A stretch of 64,000 nucleotides of DNA from an uncultured Gemmatimonadales bacterium (GTDB lineage: Bacteria; Gemmatimonadota; Gemmatimonadetes; Longimicrobiales; RSA9). This document shows positions 1 to 8,969 of the stretch, piece after piece. A program made the translations under genes and the position numbers. The DNA is taken from assembly GCA_963783305.1 (NCBI GenBank), contig CAWAMW010000017.1, forward strand, positions 64,001 to 128,000, read 5' to 3'. Each line of letters begins with the position of its first letter. Within the stretch, counting starts at the first letter, position 1. The notes beneath the pieces were generated by a model. The model was not told where the DNA came from. It ran no database searches and worked only from the letters and a program-made list of their open reading frames with translations.

Positions 1-351
1 TCCGAGGACGAGGATGATGAACGTGGTGAACGCGATGATGCCCAGTCCGCCGAGCTGGATCAGCAGCAGCAGGAAGGCCTGGCCGGCGCCGGTGAAGTAG
101 GTGGCGGTATCCACCACAATGAGGCCCGTTACGCACACGGCGCTGGTCGCGGTGAACAGGGCATCGAGCCAGCCGAGCTCCGATCCGGTGTACAGGCCGG
201 GGAGGAGCTTGAGGCCGAACGTGCCGAGCGCGACCAGGAACACGAACGAGCCGAGGAAGAGCTGGGGCGGCGACAGCCGGTTCCAGAGCGTGCGGGTGCT
301 GTGCCCCTCCACTTCCCATGGGTCGGTCCAGCGGCGGCCTTCGATGCTCAA
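1..351 (-). CDS. trkH: TrkH/KtrB-family potassium uptake membrane protein, N-terminal part (runs off the window)
   Basis: Hand translation, not in the ORF track: LSPPQLFLGSFVFLVALGTFGL...LDALFTATSAVCVTGLIVVDTATYFTGAGQAFLLLLIQLGGLG, containing the SAVCVTGL pore motif. Probable TTG start at 351. Confidence 0.85.
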   Translation of the reverse strand, partial: MSIEGRRWTDPWEVEGHSTRTLWNRLSPPQLFLGSFVFLVALGTFGLKLLPGLYTGSELGWLDALFTATSAVCVTGLIVVDTATYFTGAGQAFLLLLIQLGGLGIIAFTTFIILVLG

Positions 352-489
352 CGGTCGGGCGTGATCAGGAGTAGCGGCATGCCGCGAAGTCTGGAGCCAG
401 GCGCCGGCAGGGGCAAGTTCTCGTGTCGCCGCACTGGCCCCGGGAAGAGCGCGGGCGTAGCATGGACCAGCCCCGAAACCGAGAGCTTC

Positions 490-2073
490 ATGACCATTTC
501 CAACTGTCCACCAAGGCCGCGCCTGCTGCGCCTCCCGGCGATGCTGGCGTGCGCCGCGGCAGCCTTTTGCACGGTCCCGGCCGCGGCCCAGCAGGAAACC
601 GATATCTACCTGCTGGAGCTGGACCGTGAGGGCGACCAGGTGGTCGTCACGGGTCCTCCGCTGGCCATCACGGACCGGGCCGGCTACGACAACCAGCCGC
701 AGTTCACCCCCGATGGACGCGTCCTGTACACGTCCATACGCGACGGCCAGGCCGACATTTACGTCTACGACCCGACGACGGGGCGGCGGCGGCGGCTCAC
801 GCATACACCGGAGTCCGAGTACTCGGCCACACCCATGCCGGGCACCGATCGCATCTCGGTGGTGCGGGTGGAAGCGGACTCCACGCAGCGGCTGTGGTCG
901 TTCTCGGCGGAAGGCGACGACCCGCGCCTCGTACTGGAGAATATCCGGCCGGTGGGCTACCACGCGTGGATCGGGAGTGAGCGCGTCGCCCTGTTCGTGC
1001 TCGGCGAGCCCCCCACCCTCCGGGTCGCCCGTGTTCCGACCGGCGCCGCCGGGGTGGTGGCCGACGCCATCGGCCGCTCGCTCCAGCCCGTCCCGGGAGC
1101 CGCCGCGGTGACCTTCACGCAGGAAGTGGATGGCGGCTGGTGGCTCCGGGAGTACAGCGACCGCCAGGACACCGTGCGGACCGTAGCGCGCATGCTCGGA
1201 CCAGACGAATTCCACGCGTGGCTCCCGGACCGCACGCTCCTCACCGCACACGGGTCCGAGGTTCTGGCGTACGACCCCAGCGCCCGGGACTGGCTCCCCG
1301 TGGTGGACCTGGCGGACGCGGGCCTGGGCGCGCTATCGCGGATCGCCGTCTCCTCCGACGGCCGACATCTCGCCGTCGTAGCCGATCGCCCGCCGGGAGA
1401 GGCCCCGGCCGCCGAGCCGGGCGGCACCGGTGAGGCCGAGGACAGCGCGTTCTCGTTCGCGACGCTGGTCATCGGGTCGCTCCTGGCCATGGTGAACCCG
1501 CTCGGGGCGCTCACGATCTTCGTCGGGCTCACCGCCACCTACAGCGCCCGCCACCGCCGCTTCACCGCGCTCTGGGCGTGCGTCAGCGCCGCCGCCATCC
1601 TCATCATCTTCGCGCTCTTCGGCACGTCCATCCTGCGGTTTTTCGGCATCACGACATATGCCTTCCGGATCGCCGGCGGGATCATCTTCTTCGCCGTGGG
1701 CTGGGACATGCTCCAGGCCCGGCGGTCGCGCTCCAAGACCACGCCGGAAGAGGAGGAGGAGAGCGCGGAGAAGGCCGAAGTGGCCGTCGTCCCGCTGGGG
1801 ATCCCCACGCTGGCCGGGCCGGGCGCCATCACGACCGTAATCGCGCTCATGGGGCAGACGACCGGAGCGGTGGAGGCGGGGATCGTCTACATGGGCGTCC
1901 TGGTCGTGCTGTTCATCAGCCTCCTGGCACTCCTGGCGGGCCCGGCCATTCTGCGCCTCATCGGCCAGACGGGCGTCAACGTGTTCACCCGCCTCATGGG
2001 GCTGCTGATCACGGTGATCGGGGTGCAGTTCGTCCTGGACGGGCTGCGGACGGTGGTGTCGCTCATGGGCTGA
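490..2073 (+). CDS. Fusion of an exported TolB-like/PD40 beta-propeller with a C-terminal MarC-family membrane domain
   Basis: Signal peptide ending AAAQQ; YDNQPQFTPDG and ESEYSATPMP repeats; C-terminal NPLG, AFRIAGG and VPLGIPTLAGPGAIT MarC motifs. Confidence 0.8.
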   Translation: MTISNCPPRPRLLRLPAMLACAAAAFCTVPAAAQQETDIYLLELDREGDQVVVTGPPLAITDRAGYDNQPQFTPDGRVLYTSIRDGQADIYVYDPTTGRRRRLTHTPESEYSATPMPGTDRISVVRVEADSTQRLWSFSAEGDDPRLVLENIRPVGYHAWIGSERVALFVLGEPPTLRVARVPTGAAGVVADAIGRSLQPVPGAAAVTFTQEVDGGWWLREYSDRQDTVRTVARMLGPDEFHAWLPDRTLLTAHGSEVLAYDPSARDWLPVVDLADAGLGALSRIAVSSDGRHLAVVADRPPGEAPAAEPGGTGEAEDSAFSFATLVIGSLLAMVNPLGALTIFVGLTATYSARHRRFTALWACVSAAAILIIFALFGTSILRFFGITTYAFRIAGGIIFFAVGWDMLQARRSRSKTTPEEEEESAEKAEVAVVPLGIPTLAGPGAITTVIALMGQTTGAVEAGIVYMGVLVVLFISLLALLAGPAILRLIGQTGVNVFTRLMGLLITVIGVQFVLDGLRTVVSLMG

Positions 2074-2114
2074 GCCCGGCCGGAATGGGTGCGGTGCGGA
2101 GAGCGGCGATGAAC

Positions 2115-2145
2115 GAAGGGGGGAGCGCATGGCGCTCCCCCCTTC
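2115..2145. terminator. Hairpin between convergent genes, probable bidirectional terminator
   Basis: GAAGGGGGGAGCGC-ATG-GCGCTCCCCCCTTC, a perfect 14-bp stem. Confidence 0.6.
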
Positions 2146-2191
2146 CTCCATCCAAGAATACGCGGGCCGCTGTGGCCCGATCGGATGTTGC

Positions 2192-2866
2192 CTACCGCTC
2201 GTTCATCACCTCACGCCGCCAATCCTCGTCGGCGTAGATCACGACCTCGACACGGCGGTTGAGCTGCTTGCCCTCGGCGGTCTCGTTCGTGGACACGGGG
2301 TCGTTCTCCCCCATGCCGCGGGTGGAGATGCGCTCGCCGGCAACACCCAGCTGCTCGAGGTAGGCGGCGGCGGATCGGGCGCGCCGCTCCGAGAGCGACT
2401 GGTTGTACGCATCGCTGCCGTCCGAATCGGTATGACCGATGATCAGCACGTCCGTCCGCCCGTACTCCCGGAGGTTGTCCGCCAGTTCCTGCAGGTTGGC
2501 CCGCGACGCCGACCGCAGATCGGACCTGTCGTAGTCGAACAGGATCCCCGAATCGAACGTCACCACGATGCCCTCGCCGACGCGCGAGACCGTGGCGCCC
2601 TCGAGGTCGTCATCCAGCGACTTCGCCTGCTGGTCCATCTGGTGCCCGATGACCGCGCCGGCCGCGCCGCCCACCGCGGCGCCGACGATGGCGCCCTTGG
2701 CCGTGGAGCCGACCTGGTTGCCGACCACCGCGCCTACCGCGGCGCCCGCTCCGGCCCCGATCACGGCGCCTTTCTCCTTCTGGTTCCAGCTTGCGCAGCC
2801 GCCCAGCCCGAGCGTGCCACTCAACACCACGCCGGCAAACGCCAGTCTTACGTATCTACCCATCAT
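2192..2866 (-). CDS. OmpA-family lipoprotein with glycine zipper
   Basis: Lipobox LGGC; GAVIGAGAGAAVG zipper; GHTD...NQSLSERRA...NRRVE OmpA-C motifs; GAGGAGG RBS. Confidence 0.92.
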   Translation of the reverse strand: MMGRYVRLAFAGVVLSGTLGLGGCASWNQKEKGAVIGAGAGAAVGAVVGNQVGSTAKGAIVGAAVGGAAGAVIGHQMDQQAKSLDDDLEGATVSRVGEGIVVTFDSGILFDYDRSDLRSASRANLQELADNLREYGRTDVLIIGHTDSDGSDAYNQSLSERRARSAAAYLEQLGVAGERISTRGMGENDPVSTNETAEGKQLNRRVEVVIYADEDWRREVMNER

Positions 2867-3011
2867 CTGGTCCTCCTCAATTTTGATTGATGTACCCTGC
2901 TTCCTCTAAGCAAGGGCGGTGCCATGTTCCCCGACCGCCCCGCTCCTCCCGCCCGCGTCGCGTGCCCCCGATGCGACGGTCGACCCGGGCGCCTATCTTC
3001 ATTACACCCTC

Positions 3012-5603
3012 ATGCAATACATCCACGAGCACCCGGAGGTTCGCCGCCTGCCAGTCATGGAGGTGCTCGAACGACTGCGCGCGGCGCTGGCCGACCCGGG
3101 CGCGGCGGTGCTCGTGGCGCCACCGGGTGCGGGGAAGACCACGGTCGTCCCGCTGGCGCTGACGGAGGAGCCTTGGGCCACCGGGCGGGTCCTGGTGCTG
3201 GAGCCGCGCCGACTCGCGGCGCGCGCCGCCGCCGACCGGATGGCGCGGCTGCTGGGAGAGGATGGCGCCGGCGGGAGCGTGGGCTACCGCGTCCGCGGTG
3301 ACACGCGCGTGAGCCGGCGCACGCGGGTAGAGGTGGTGACGGAGGGCGTGCTCACGCGCATGCTCCAGGCGGACCCCTCGCTCGCCGGCGTGGCGGCGGT
3401 GCTGTTCGACGAGTTCCACGAGCGCTCCGTCCACGCCGACCTCGGCCTGGCGCTCACGCTGCACGCACGGGGGCTGCTGCGTCCCGACCTCCGGCTGCTG
3501 GTCATGTCCGCCACCCTCGACGCGGCACCCGTGGCCGCGCTCCTCGATGATGCCCCGGTGATCGCCAGCGAAGGGCGGTCGCACCCGGTGGAGACCCGCT
3601 GGCGGAAGACGCCCGTGGAGGGATGGATCGAGCCGCCCGTGGTGCGAACCGTGGTGCGGGCGCTGGAGCGGGAGGAGGGGGAGGGGGAGGAGGGGGACAT
3701 CCTCGTGTTCCTGCCCGGGGCGGGCGAGATCCGACGCACGGAACAGCGGCTTCGGAGCGCCGGGCTGCCATCGGACACGCGGATCCACACCCTCTTCGGC
3801 GCCCTCTCCCGTCAGGAGCAGGACCGCGCCGTGTCGCCGAGCCCGCGCGGGCAGCGGAAAGTCGTGCTGGCCACATCGATCGCCGAGACCTCCCTCACCA
3901 TCGAAGGAGTGACGGTGGTCGTGGACAGCGGACAAGCGCGCGTCCCCCGATTCGATCCCGGCACAGGGATGACCCGACTCGAGACCGTGCGCGTGACCCG
4001 CGACGCGGCCGACCAGCGCCGCGGCCGCGCCGGGCGGACGGCGCCGGGGATCTGCTACCGCCTCTGGACCCGGGCCGAGGAACGGGGGCTGGTGCCGCAT
4101 CGCCGACCCGAGATCCTCGAGGCCGACCTGGCGCCGCTGGCGCTGGAGCTCGCGACCTGGGGCGCCGATCCGCGCGAGCTGCGCTGGCTCGACCCGCCGC
4201 CGGAGGCCGCGTTCGCCCAGGCCACGGAGCTGCTCCGGGAGCTCGAAGCGCTGGATGCCGACGGCGCCACCGACCACGGCCGGCGGCTGGCCGAGCTGCC
4301 GGTGCATCCGCGGCTGGCGCACATGCTCGTTCGCGGCCAGGCGCTCGGCGACGGCTCCGCCGCATGCGACCTCGCGGCCATCCTCGACGACCGCGACTTC
4401 CTCCGCGGCGCCGGCCGCTCACCCGACGCCGATCTCCGGCTTCGCGTGGAGGCGCTCCAGCGCGCGCGCTCCAGCCGTGGCACGCCCGGCCAGCTCCGCG
4501 GCCACGACCTCTCGCGCGGCGGCCTCCACCGCGTGAGTCGCGAGGCGGACCGGCTGCGTCGAGCGATCGGGGGAGACGGGCGAATCGCGGGCGGATCGCC
4601 CGCCCGGCGGAGCGCAGCCACCGACGCCGACGCCCAGGCGGCCGTAGGGGTCCTGACCGCGCTCGCGTACCCCGACCGGATCGGGCAGCGGCGCCAAGAC
4701 CAGCGAGGACGCTTCCTTCTGCGGAACGGCCGCGGCGCCCGGTTCGCCGAGCCCCAGGCGCTGGACGGGAACGACTGGATCGTGGCCGCCGAGGTGGAAG
4801 GTCGGGGCCGGGAGGCCCGTATCTTCCGCGCGGCGCCGCTCACGCTGGAGGAGATCGAGACGCACTTCGCCGACCAGGTCCGAGAAGTGGAAGAGGTGGC
4901 GTGGGACCCCGACGCCAGCCGCGTGGTGGCGCGGCGCCGACGCGCGCTGGGCGCCCTCACGCTCATGGAGGCGCCGCTGCTCAGCCCCGACCCCGCGGCG
5001 CTGGGGCGAGCGCTCCTCGATGGCGTGCGGGCGGCGGGCGTGGCCGCGCTGCCCTGGTCGCGGGAGACGGCACAGCTGCGGGAGCGCCTCGCGTTCCTGG
5101 CGCGGCTCGAGGCGGAGAGCTGGCCGGACACATCGGAGTCGGCGCTGGAGTCGTCGCTCGACGATTGGCTGCTGCCGTTCGTGTCCGGACTCAAGCGGCT
5201 CGAGGACCTGAAGCGGGTGGACCTGGGGGAGGCGCTGCTGGCCCGGACGGGGTGGGAGCGGCGCGCCGACGTGGACCGGCTCGCTCCCGCGGAGATCGAA
5301 GTGCCGAGCGGGTCCCGGATCCGCGTCGACTACTCCGACCCGGCCGCCCCCGCCCTCGCCGTCCGGCTCCAGGAGGTGTTCGGGATGACGGAGACCCCTA
5401 GGATCGGCGGTGGCCGCGTCCCCGTCACGCTCAAGCTGCTCTCCCCCGCCCAGCGCCCCGTCCAGGTGACGCAGGACCTCGCCAGCTTCTGGCGCGATGC
5501 GTATTTCGAGGTGCGGAAGGACATGCGGGGGCGGTACCCGAAGCACTACTGGCCCGAGGACCCGCTCCAGGCCGAGGCTACCCGCCGTACGAAGCCCCGC
5601 TGA
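3012..5603 (+). CDS. hrpB: ATP-dependent helicase HrpB
   Basis: APPGAGKTT, DEFHERS, MSAT and QRRGRAGR motifs; C-terminal VRKDMRGRYPKHYWPEDP. Start codon uncertain. Confidence 0.95.
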   Translation: MQYIHEHPEVRRLPVMEVLERLRAALADPGAAVLVAPPGAGKTTVVPLALTEEPWATGRVLVLEPRRLAARAAADRMARLLGEDGAGGSVGYRVRGDTRVSRRTRVEVVTEGVLTRMLQADPSLAGVAAVLFDEFHERSVHADLGLALTLHARGLLRPDLRLLVMSATLDAAPVAALLDDAPVIASEGRSHPVETRWRKTPVEGWIEPPVVRTVVRALEREEGEGEEGDILVFLPGAGEIRRTEQRLRSAGLPSDTRIHTLFGALSRQEQDRAVSPSPRGQRKVVLATSIAETSLTIEGVTVVVDSGQARVPRFDPGTGMTRLETVRVTRDAADQRRGRAGRTAPGICYRLWTRAEERGLVPHRRPEILEADLAPLALELATWGADPRELRWLDPPPEAAFAQATELLRELEALDADGATDHGRRLAELPVHPRLAHMLVRGQALGDGSAACDLAAILDDRDFLRGAGRSPDADLRLRVEALQRARSSRGTPGQLRGHDLSRGGLHRVSREADRLRRAIGGDGRIAGGSPARRSAATDADAQAAVGVLTALAYPDRIGQRRQDQRGRFLLRNGRGARFAEPQALDGNDWIVAAEVEGRGREARIFRAAPLTLEEIETHFADQVREVEEVAWDPDASRVVARRRRALGALTLMEAPLLSPDPAALGRALLDGVRAAGVAALPWSRETAQLRERLAFLARLEAESWPDTSESALESSLDDWLLPFVSGLKRLEDLKRVDLGEALLARTGWERRADVDRLAPAEIEVPSGSRIRVDYSDPAAPALAVRLQEVFGMTETPRIGGGRVPVTLKLLSPAQRPVQVTQDLASFWRDAYFEVRKDMRGRYPKHYWPEDPLQAEATRRTKPR

Positions 5604-5668
5604 CTGGCGCCGGTGAGTCCGCGGCTCGCCGTCCAGCGCCACGTGCGTTCCGAACTTCTCCACAGCTT

Positions 5669-5840
5669 TGACACGAAGGGCACGAAGGAGATGAAGCCCA
5701 CGAAGCCAGCGGGCTCCTCTTGTCCGGGGTCGAGAAGCGGCCGGATAAACCAGAGATCCGGGATCTTTGGCGGGCCCGGTCAGGCTGGGTCCGCCGGTGA
5801 GACGTTCGAGTCCCTTGTCCTCTTGGTGTTCTTCGTGTCA
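5669..5840. repeat. Long inverted-repeat element built of 9-bp-period CACGAAG / CTTCGTG units
   Basis: TGACACGAAG (5669) and CTTCGTGTCA (5831) are perfect inverted ends, with four 9-bp-spaced units on each arm. Confidence 0.7.
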
Positions 5841-5876
5841 GGCTTGAAAAAAGGGTCGTGCTGCCGGCAAGCTACG

Positions 5877-7616
5877 CTACTCGCCGTCGCCCGCCGCCAC
5901 GCTCACCTCGGCCCGCATCCGCTCGACCACGTCGTGGGCCAGCGGAAACCACCGCATGCGCTCGAACTCGTCCTCGAGGGCCTCGTGACGCACGTCCATT
6001 TCCGGGACCTCCCGCTCGGCCCGGGCCCGGACCCGCTCCGCCTCCTCGAAGTAGCTCTCGAAGTCCTCCTCGCCCGCGTGGGTGTGCCGGGACTCGAAAT
6101 CGACCCCGCCGGGCTCGTAGCGGATGTCGTGGAGGCTCATGGGGGCGTGCGGCTTCCAGTCCCGGTGCCGCCAGTCCCCCGTGAGGCTATCGAAGTCGTA
6201 ATAGGGGAGCAGCTTCCAGCCGTGGGTCGCCACCCAGTCCACGGCCCGGAGCAGGAACTCGGCCTCCCGGTCCGAGATGAAGTAGTTGAAGCCGACCCGC
6301 GTCCAGCCGGGCTTCAGGGAGCGGCACCCCTCCTCGATCTTGCGGACGTGGTCCTGGAGCCGGTCGCCCTGGATGTTCAGCAGCCGGGCGCCGTACGGGC
6401 CCGCGCACGAGCAGCCGCCGCGTGCCTGGATCCCGAACAGGTCGTTGAGCAGCGCGGTCACCAGGTCGTGGTGGAGATAACGGGCTTCGCCGTATCGTAC
6501 GGTGAACGAGAGGATAGCCAGGCGATGGGCCTCGTGGGGACCCAGGACGTCCAGCGCCGGATTCTTCTCCCACTCCCGGATCGCGCGCCGCGTGAGCGCG
6601 TCCTCACGGGCGTGGATGACGTCGGTGCCCACCGCCTGCTTCAGGTGGAAAACCAGCCCCGCCCGGATCGACTCGATGATCGCGGGCGTGCCGCCCTCCT
6701 CCCGCACCTCGGGCTCCGCCATGTAGCGGTGGTAGGTCTCGGTGACGAACTCGACCGTGCCGCCGCCGGGCTGGCTCGGGACCCGGTTGTGGAAGAGCGC
6801 GCGCTTCGCCAGCAGGATCCCCGGCGTCCCGGGTCCCCCCACGAACTTGTGCGGGGAGAGGAAGATGGCGTCCTTGTAGTCCAGCGGGTCCTCGCCCGCT
6901 CCGTTCATGGCGATGTCCACGTACGGGCCGGCCGCGGCGAAGTCCCAGAAGGAGAGGGCCCCATGCTGGTGGAGGAGCCGTGTGATGGCGGTGGTGTCGG
7001 TTACCACGCCCGTCACGTTGGAGGCGGCGGAAAAGCTGCCAATCCGGAGCGGCCGATCGGCATAGTCCTCGAGCCGCTCCTCCAGCTCGCCCGCGTGGAT
7101 CCGGCCGCTGGCATCCTCGTGGATGACCACTACGTCGGCGATGGACTCCCGCCATGGGAGCTCGTTGCTGTGGTGCTCGTATGGACCGATGAACACCACC
7201 GGCCGCTCCAACTCCGGAATGGCCGAAAGCAGGTCATACCGGCCGGCCAGGTCACTCGGCAGGCACAGGTTCAGCACCTCGATGAGCGTGTTCACCGCCC
7301 CCGTCGCGCCCGACCCGCAGAAGATCAGCGCGTCCTCCGTCCCCGCCCCCGCCGCCTCCTTGATGATCCGCCGGGCCTCTTCCCGGAACCGCGTCGTCTG
7401 ACGGCCGGTGCCGGAGGTCTCCGTATGCGTGTTGGCGTAGAGCGGCAGGACCTCGCGGCGCACGAAGTCCTCGATGAACGAGAGCGATCGGCCGGACGCG
7501 GTGTAGTCGGCGTACGTGATCCTGCGGAGCCCGTACGGCGTGTCGATGGCCTCGTTGGCGCCGATGACCGAGGTCCGGATGAGCTCCAGCAGCGCCTGCG
7601 TGCGGTGGGTGTCCAT
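5877..7616 (-). CDS. Aminotransferase class V-fold PLP enzyme (cysteine desulfurase-like, long form)
   Basis: YADYTASGR, YEHHSNELPW, SPHKF (PLP lysine) and GGCSCAGPY motifs. Confidence 0.88.
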   Translation of the reverse strand: MDTHRTQALLELIRTSVIGANEAIDTPYGLRRITYADYTASGRSLSFIEDFVRREVLPLYANTHTETSGTGRQTTRFREEARRIIKEAAGAGTEDALIFCGSGATGAVNTLIEVLNLCLPSDLAGRYDLLSAIPELERPVVFIGPYEHHSNELPWRESIADVVVIHEDASGRIHAGELEERLEDYADRPLRIGSFSAASNVTGVVTDTTAITRLLHQHGALSFWDFAAAGPYVDIAMNGAGEDPLDYKDAIFLSPHKFVGGPGTPGILLAKRALFHNRVPSQPGGGTVEFVTETYHRYMAEPEVREEGGTPAIIESIRAGLVFHLKQAVGTDVIHAREDALTRRAIREWEKNPALDVLGPHEAHRLAILSFTVRYGEARYLHHDLVTALLNDLFGIQARGGCSCAGPYGARLLNIQGDRLQDHVRKIEEGCRSLKPGWTRVGFNYFISDREAEFLLRAVDWVATHGWKLLPYYDFDSLTGDWRHRDWKPHAPMSLHDIRYEPGGVDFESRHTHAGEEDFESYFEEAERVRARAEREVPEMDVRHEALEDEFERMRWFPLAHDVVERMRAEVSVAAGDGE

Positions 7617-7665
7617 ACGCGGAATGGTAGCCGCCGGGAGCGACCACCTCAATGGCACCGCCGTC

Positions 7666-8523
7666 TCAGCGCGTGATGGGAGCGCCCAGCAGGATGGGCG
7701 AACCCGGCTCCAGCGACTCCAGCTCCACGCCGCGCTCGAAGAGGAGCACGACCGTGGAGCCCAGGTGGAACGTCATGAGCTCATCACCACGCTCCACAGG
7801 CAGCGCCGGCTGATACAGACGCGTCTCGGCCCGCGCTCCCCGACGGTTCGTCACCAGCGTCTGATCGAACGCCGCCGTGATGCGGCCCACGTTGAACGCC
7901 CCCACCGCAACGACCGCGACCGTCGCCATTCCCGCTACCGCGCCCGTCCCCGCAGCCACGTCCGGCTCTCCGTCCGGCGCCGCGCTCTCCAGGTACGTGA
8001 CGAGCCGCTCGTTCCGCGGGAACAGCCGGTCCACCAGCCGCACCGCCGGCGCGTTCACCGGCAGTAATCGCCCCGGAACGTGACGCGCGCGCGCCACGCG
8101 GCCGGACACCGGCCCATGGATGCGATGGTAATGCCTGGGTGAGAGATAGATCGTGAGGAAGGAGCCGTCGGTGAAGCGCTCGGACATGCGCGGGTCGTCC
8201 AGCAGCTCCGCCACGGTGTAGGTCCGCCCCTTCGCCTGGAGCGCACGGCCCTCCTCGATGCGGCCCGACTGCCCCACGATCCCGTCCACGGGCGAGGCGG
8301 CCACGCCGCTGGACGGCCAGCTTCGCGCTCCCTCTCTCAACCGGCGAGTGAAGAGATCCGAGGCGCTCCGGTACGCGCCAATGGGGTCGGCCGCCTCCGT
8401 CAGGTCCATCCGGAGCGACCACGCCAGCGCTCCCAGCAGGACCCGCCGCAACGGCCGCGGCACGGGTACCCGCATCGCCACCCCCGTGGCGCGGCTGACC
8501 AGCGCGGTGGCCCAGCGTAGAAT
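7666..8523 (-). CDS. psd: Phosphatidylserine decarboxylase proenzyme
   Basis: SPVDG, YLSPRHYHRIH, RNER and FHLGSTVVLLF (GST autocleavage motif). Start uncertain: ATT at 8523 or GTG at 8481. Confidence 0.88.
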   Translation of the reverse strand: MLRWATALVSRATGVAMRVPVPRPLRRVLLGALAWSLRMDLTEAADPIGAYRSASDLFTRRLREGARSWPSSGVAASPVDGIVGQSGRIEEGRALQAKGRTYTVAELLDDPRMSERFTDGSFLTIYLSPRHYHRIHGPVSGRVARARHVPGRLLPVNAPAVRLVDRLFPRNERLVTYLESAAPDGEPDVAAGTGAVAGMATVAVVAVGAFNVGRITAAFDQTLVTNRRGARAETRLYQPALPVERGDELMTFHLGSTVVLLFERGVELESLEPGSPILLGAPITR

Positions 8524-8534
8524 GGCGTTCCTCC

Positions 8535-8969
8535 TCAGCCGGCGACCCCGTGGATGTAGTCCTTCAGATGACGGTTTTCCGACTCCACACTCTTTCGCAC
8601 CGCGTTCACCACGTCGCCGATGGAGAGGATCCCGTCCAGCCGCCCGTCGGTCACGATCGGCAGATGCCGGATCCGGTTCTGCGTCATGATGGCCATCACA
8701 TAATCGATCTCGTCATCCAGGACCCCGACGATCAGGTCGCTCGTCATGATCTCCTCGACACGCGCCCCCGCCACCGCCAATGCGTCCCGGGCCACCAGGT
8801 TGAGCAGGTCACGCTCGCTCACGATCCCGCGGATCTCTTCTCCGCTCCGGACGACCAGCGCGCCGATGCGATGCTCCGAGAGGATCTTCACGGCCGCCAC
8901 GACCGGCTGGTCGGGAGCGACACAGATGACGTCATTGCCCTTCGTACGAAGGATGTCGCGGATCTTCAT
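8535..8969 (-). CDS. CBS-domain pair protein
   Basis: IGALVV, GIVSERD, RIRHLPIV and LSIGDVV CBS motifs. Confidence 0.92.
   Translation of the reverse strand: MKIRDILRTKGNDVICVAPDQPVVAAVKILSEHRIGALVVRSGEEIRGIVSERDLLNLVARDALAVAGARVEEIMTSDLIVGVLDDEIDYVMAIMTQNRIRHLPIVTDGRLDGILSIGDVVNAVRKSVESENRHLKDYIHGVAG

Noticed and set aside
5613..7676. Long antisense or alternate-frame ORFs (for example 5613..7676, 9136..10998, 30319..32355, 43407..45518)
   Set aside because: Shadow ORFs of real genes in high-GC DNA; Arg/Pro/Gly-rich with no recognisable motifs.
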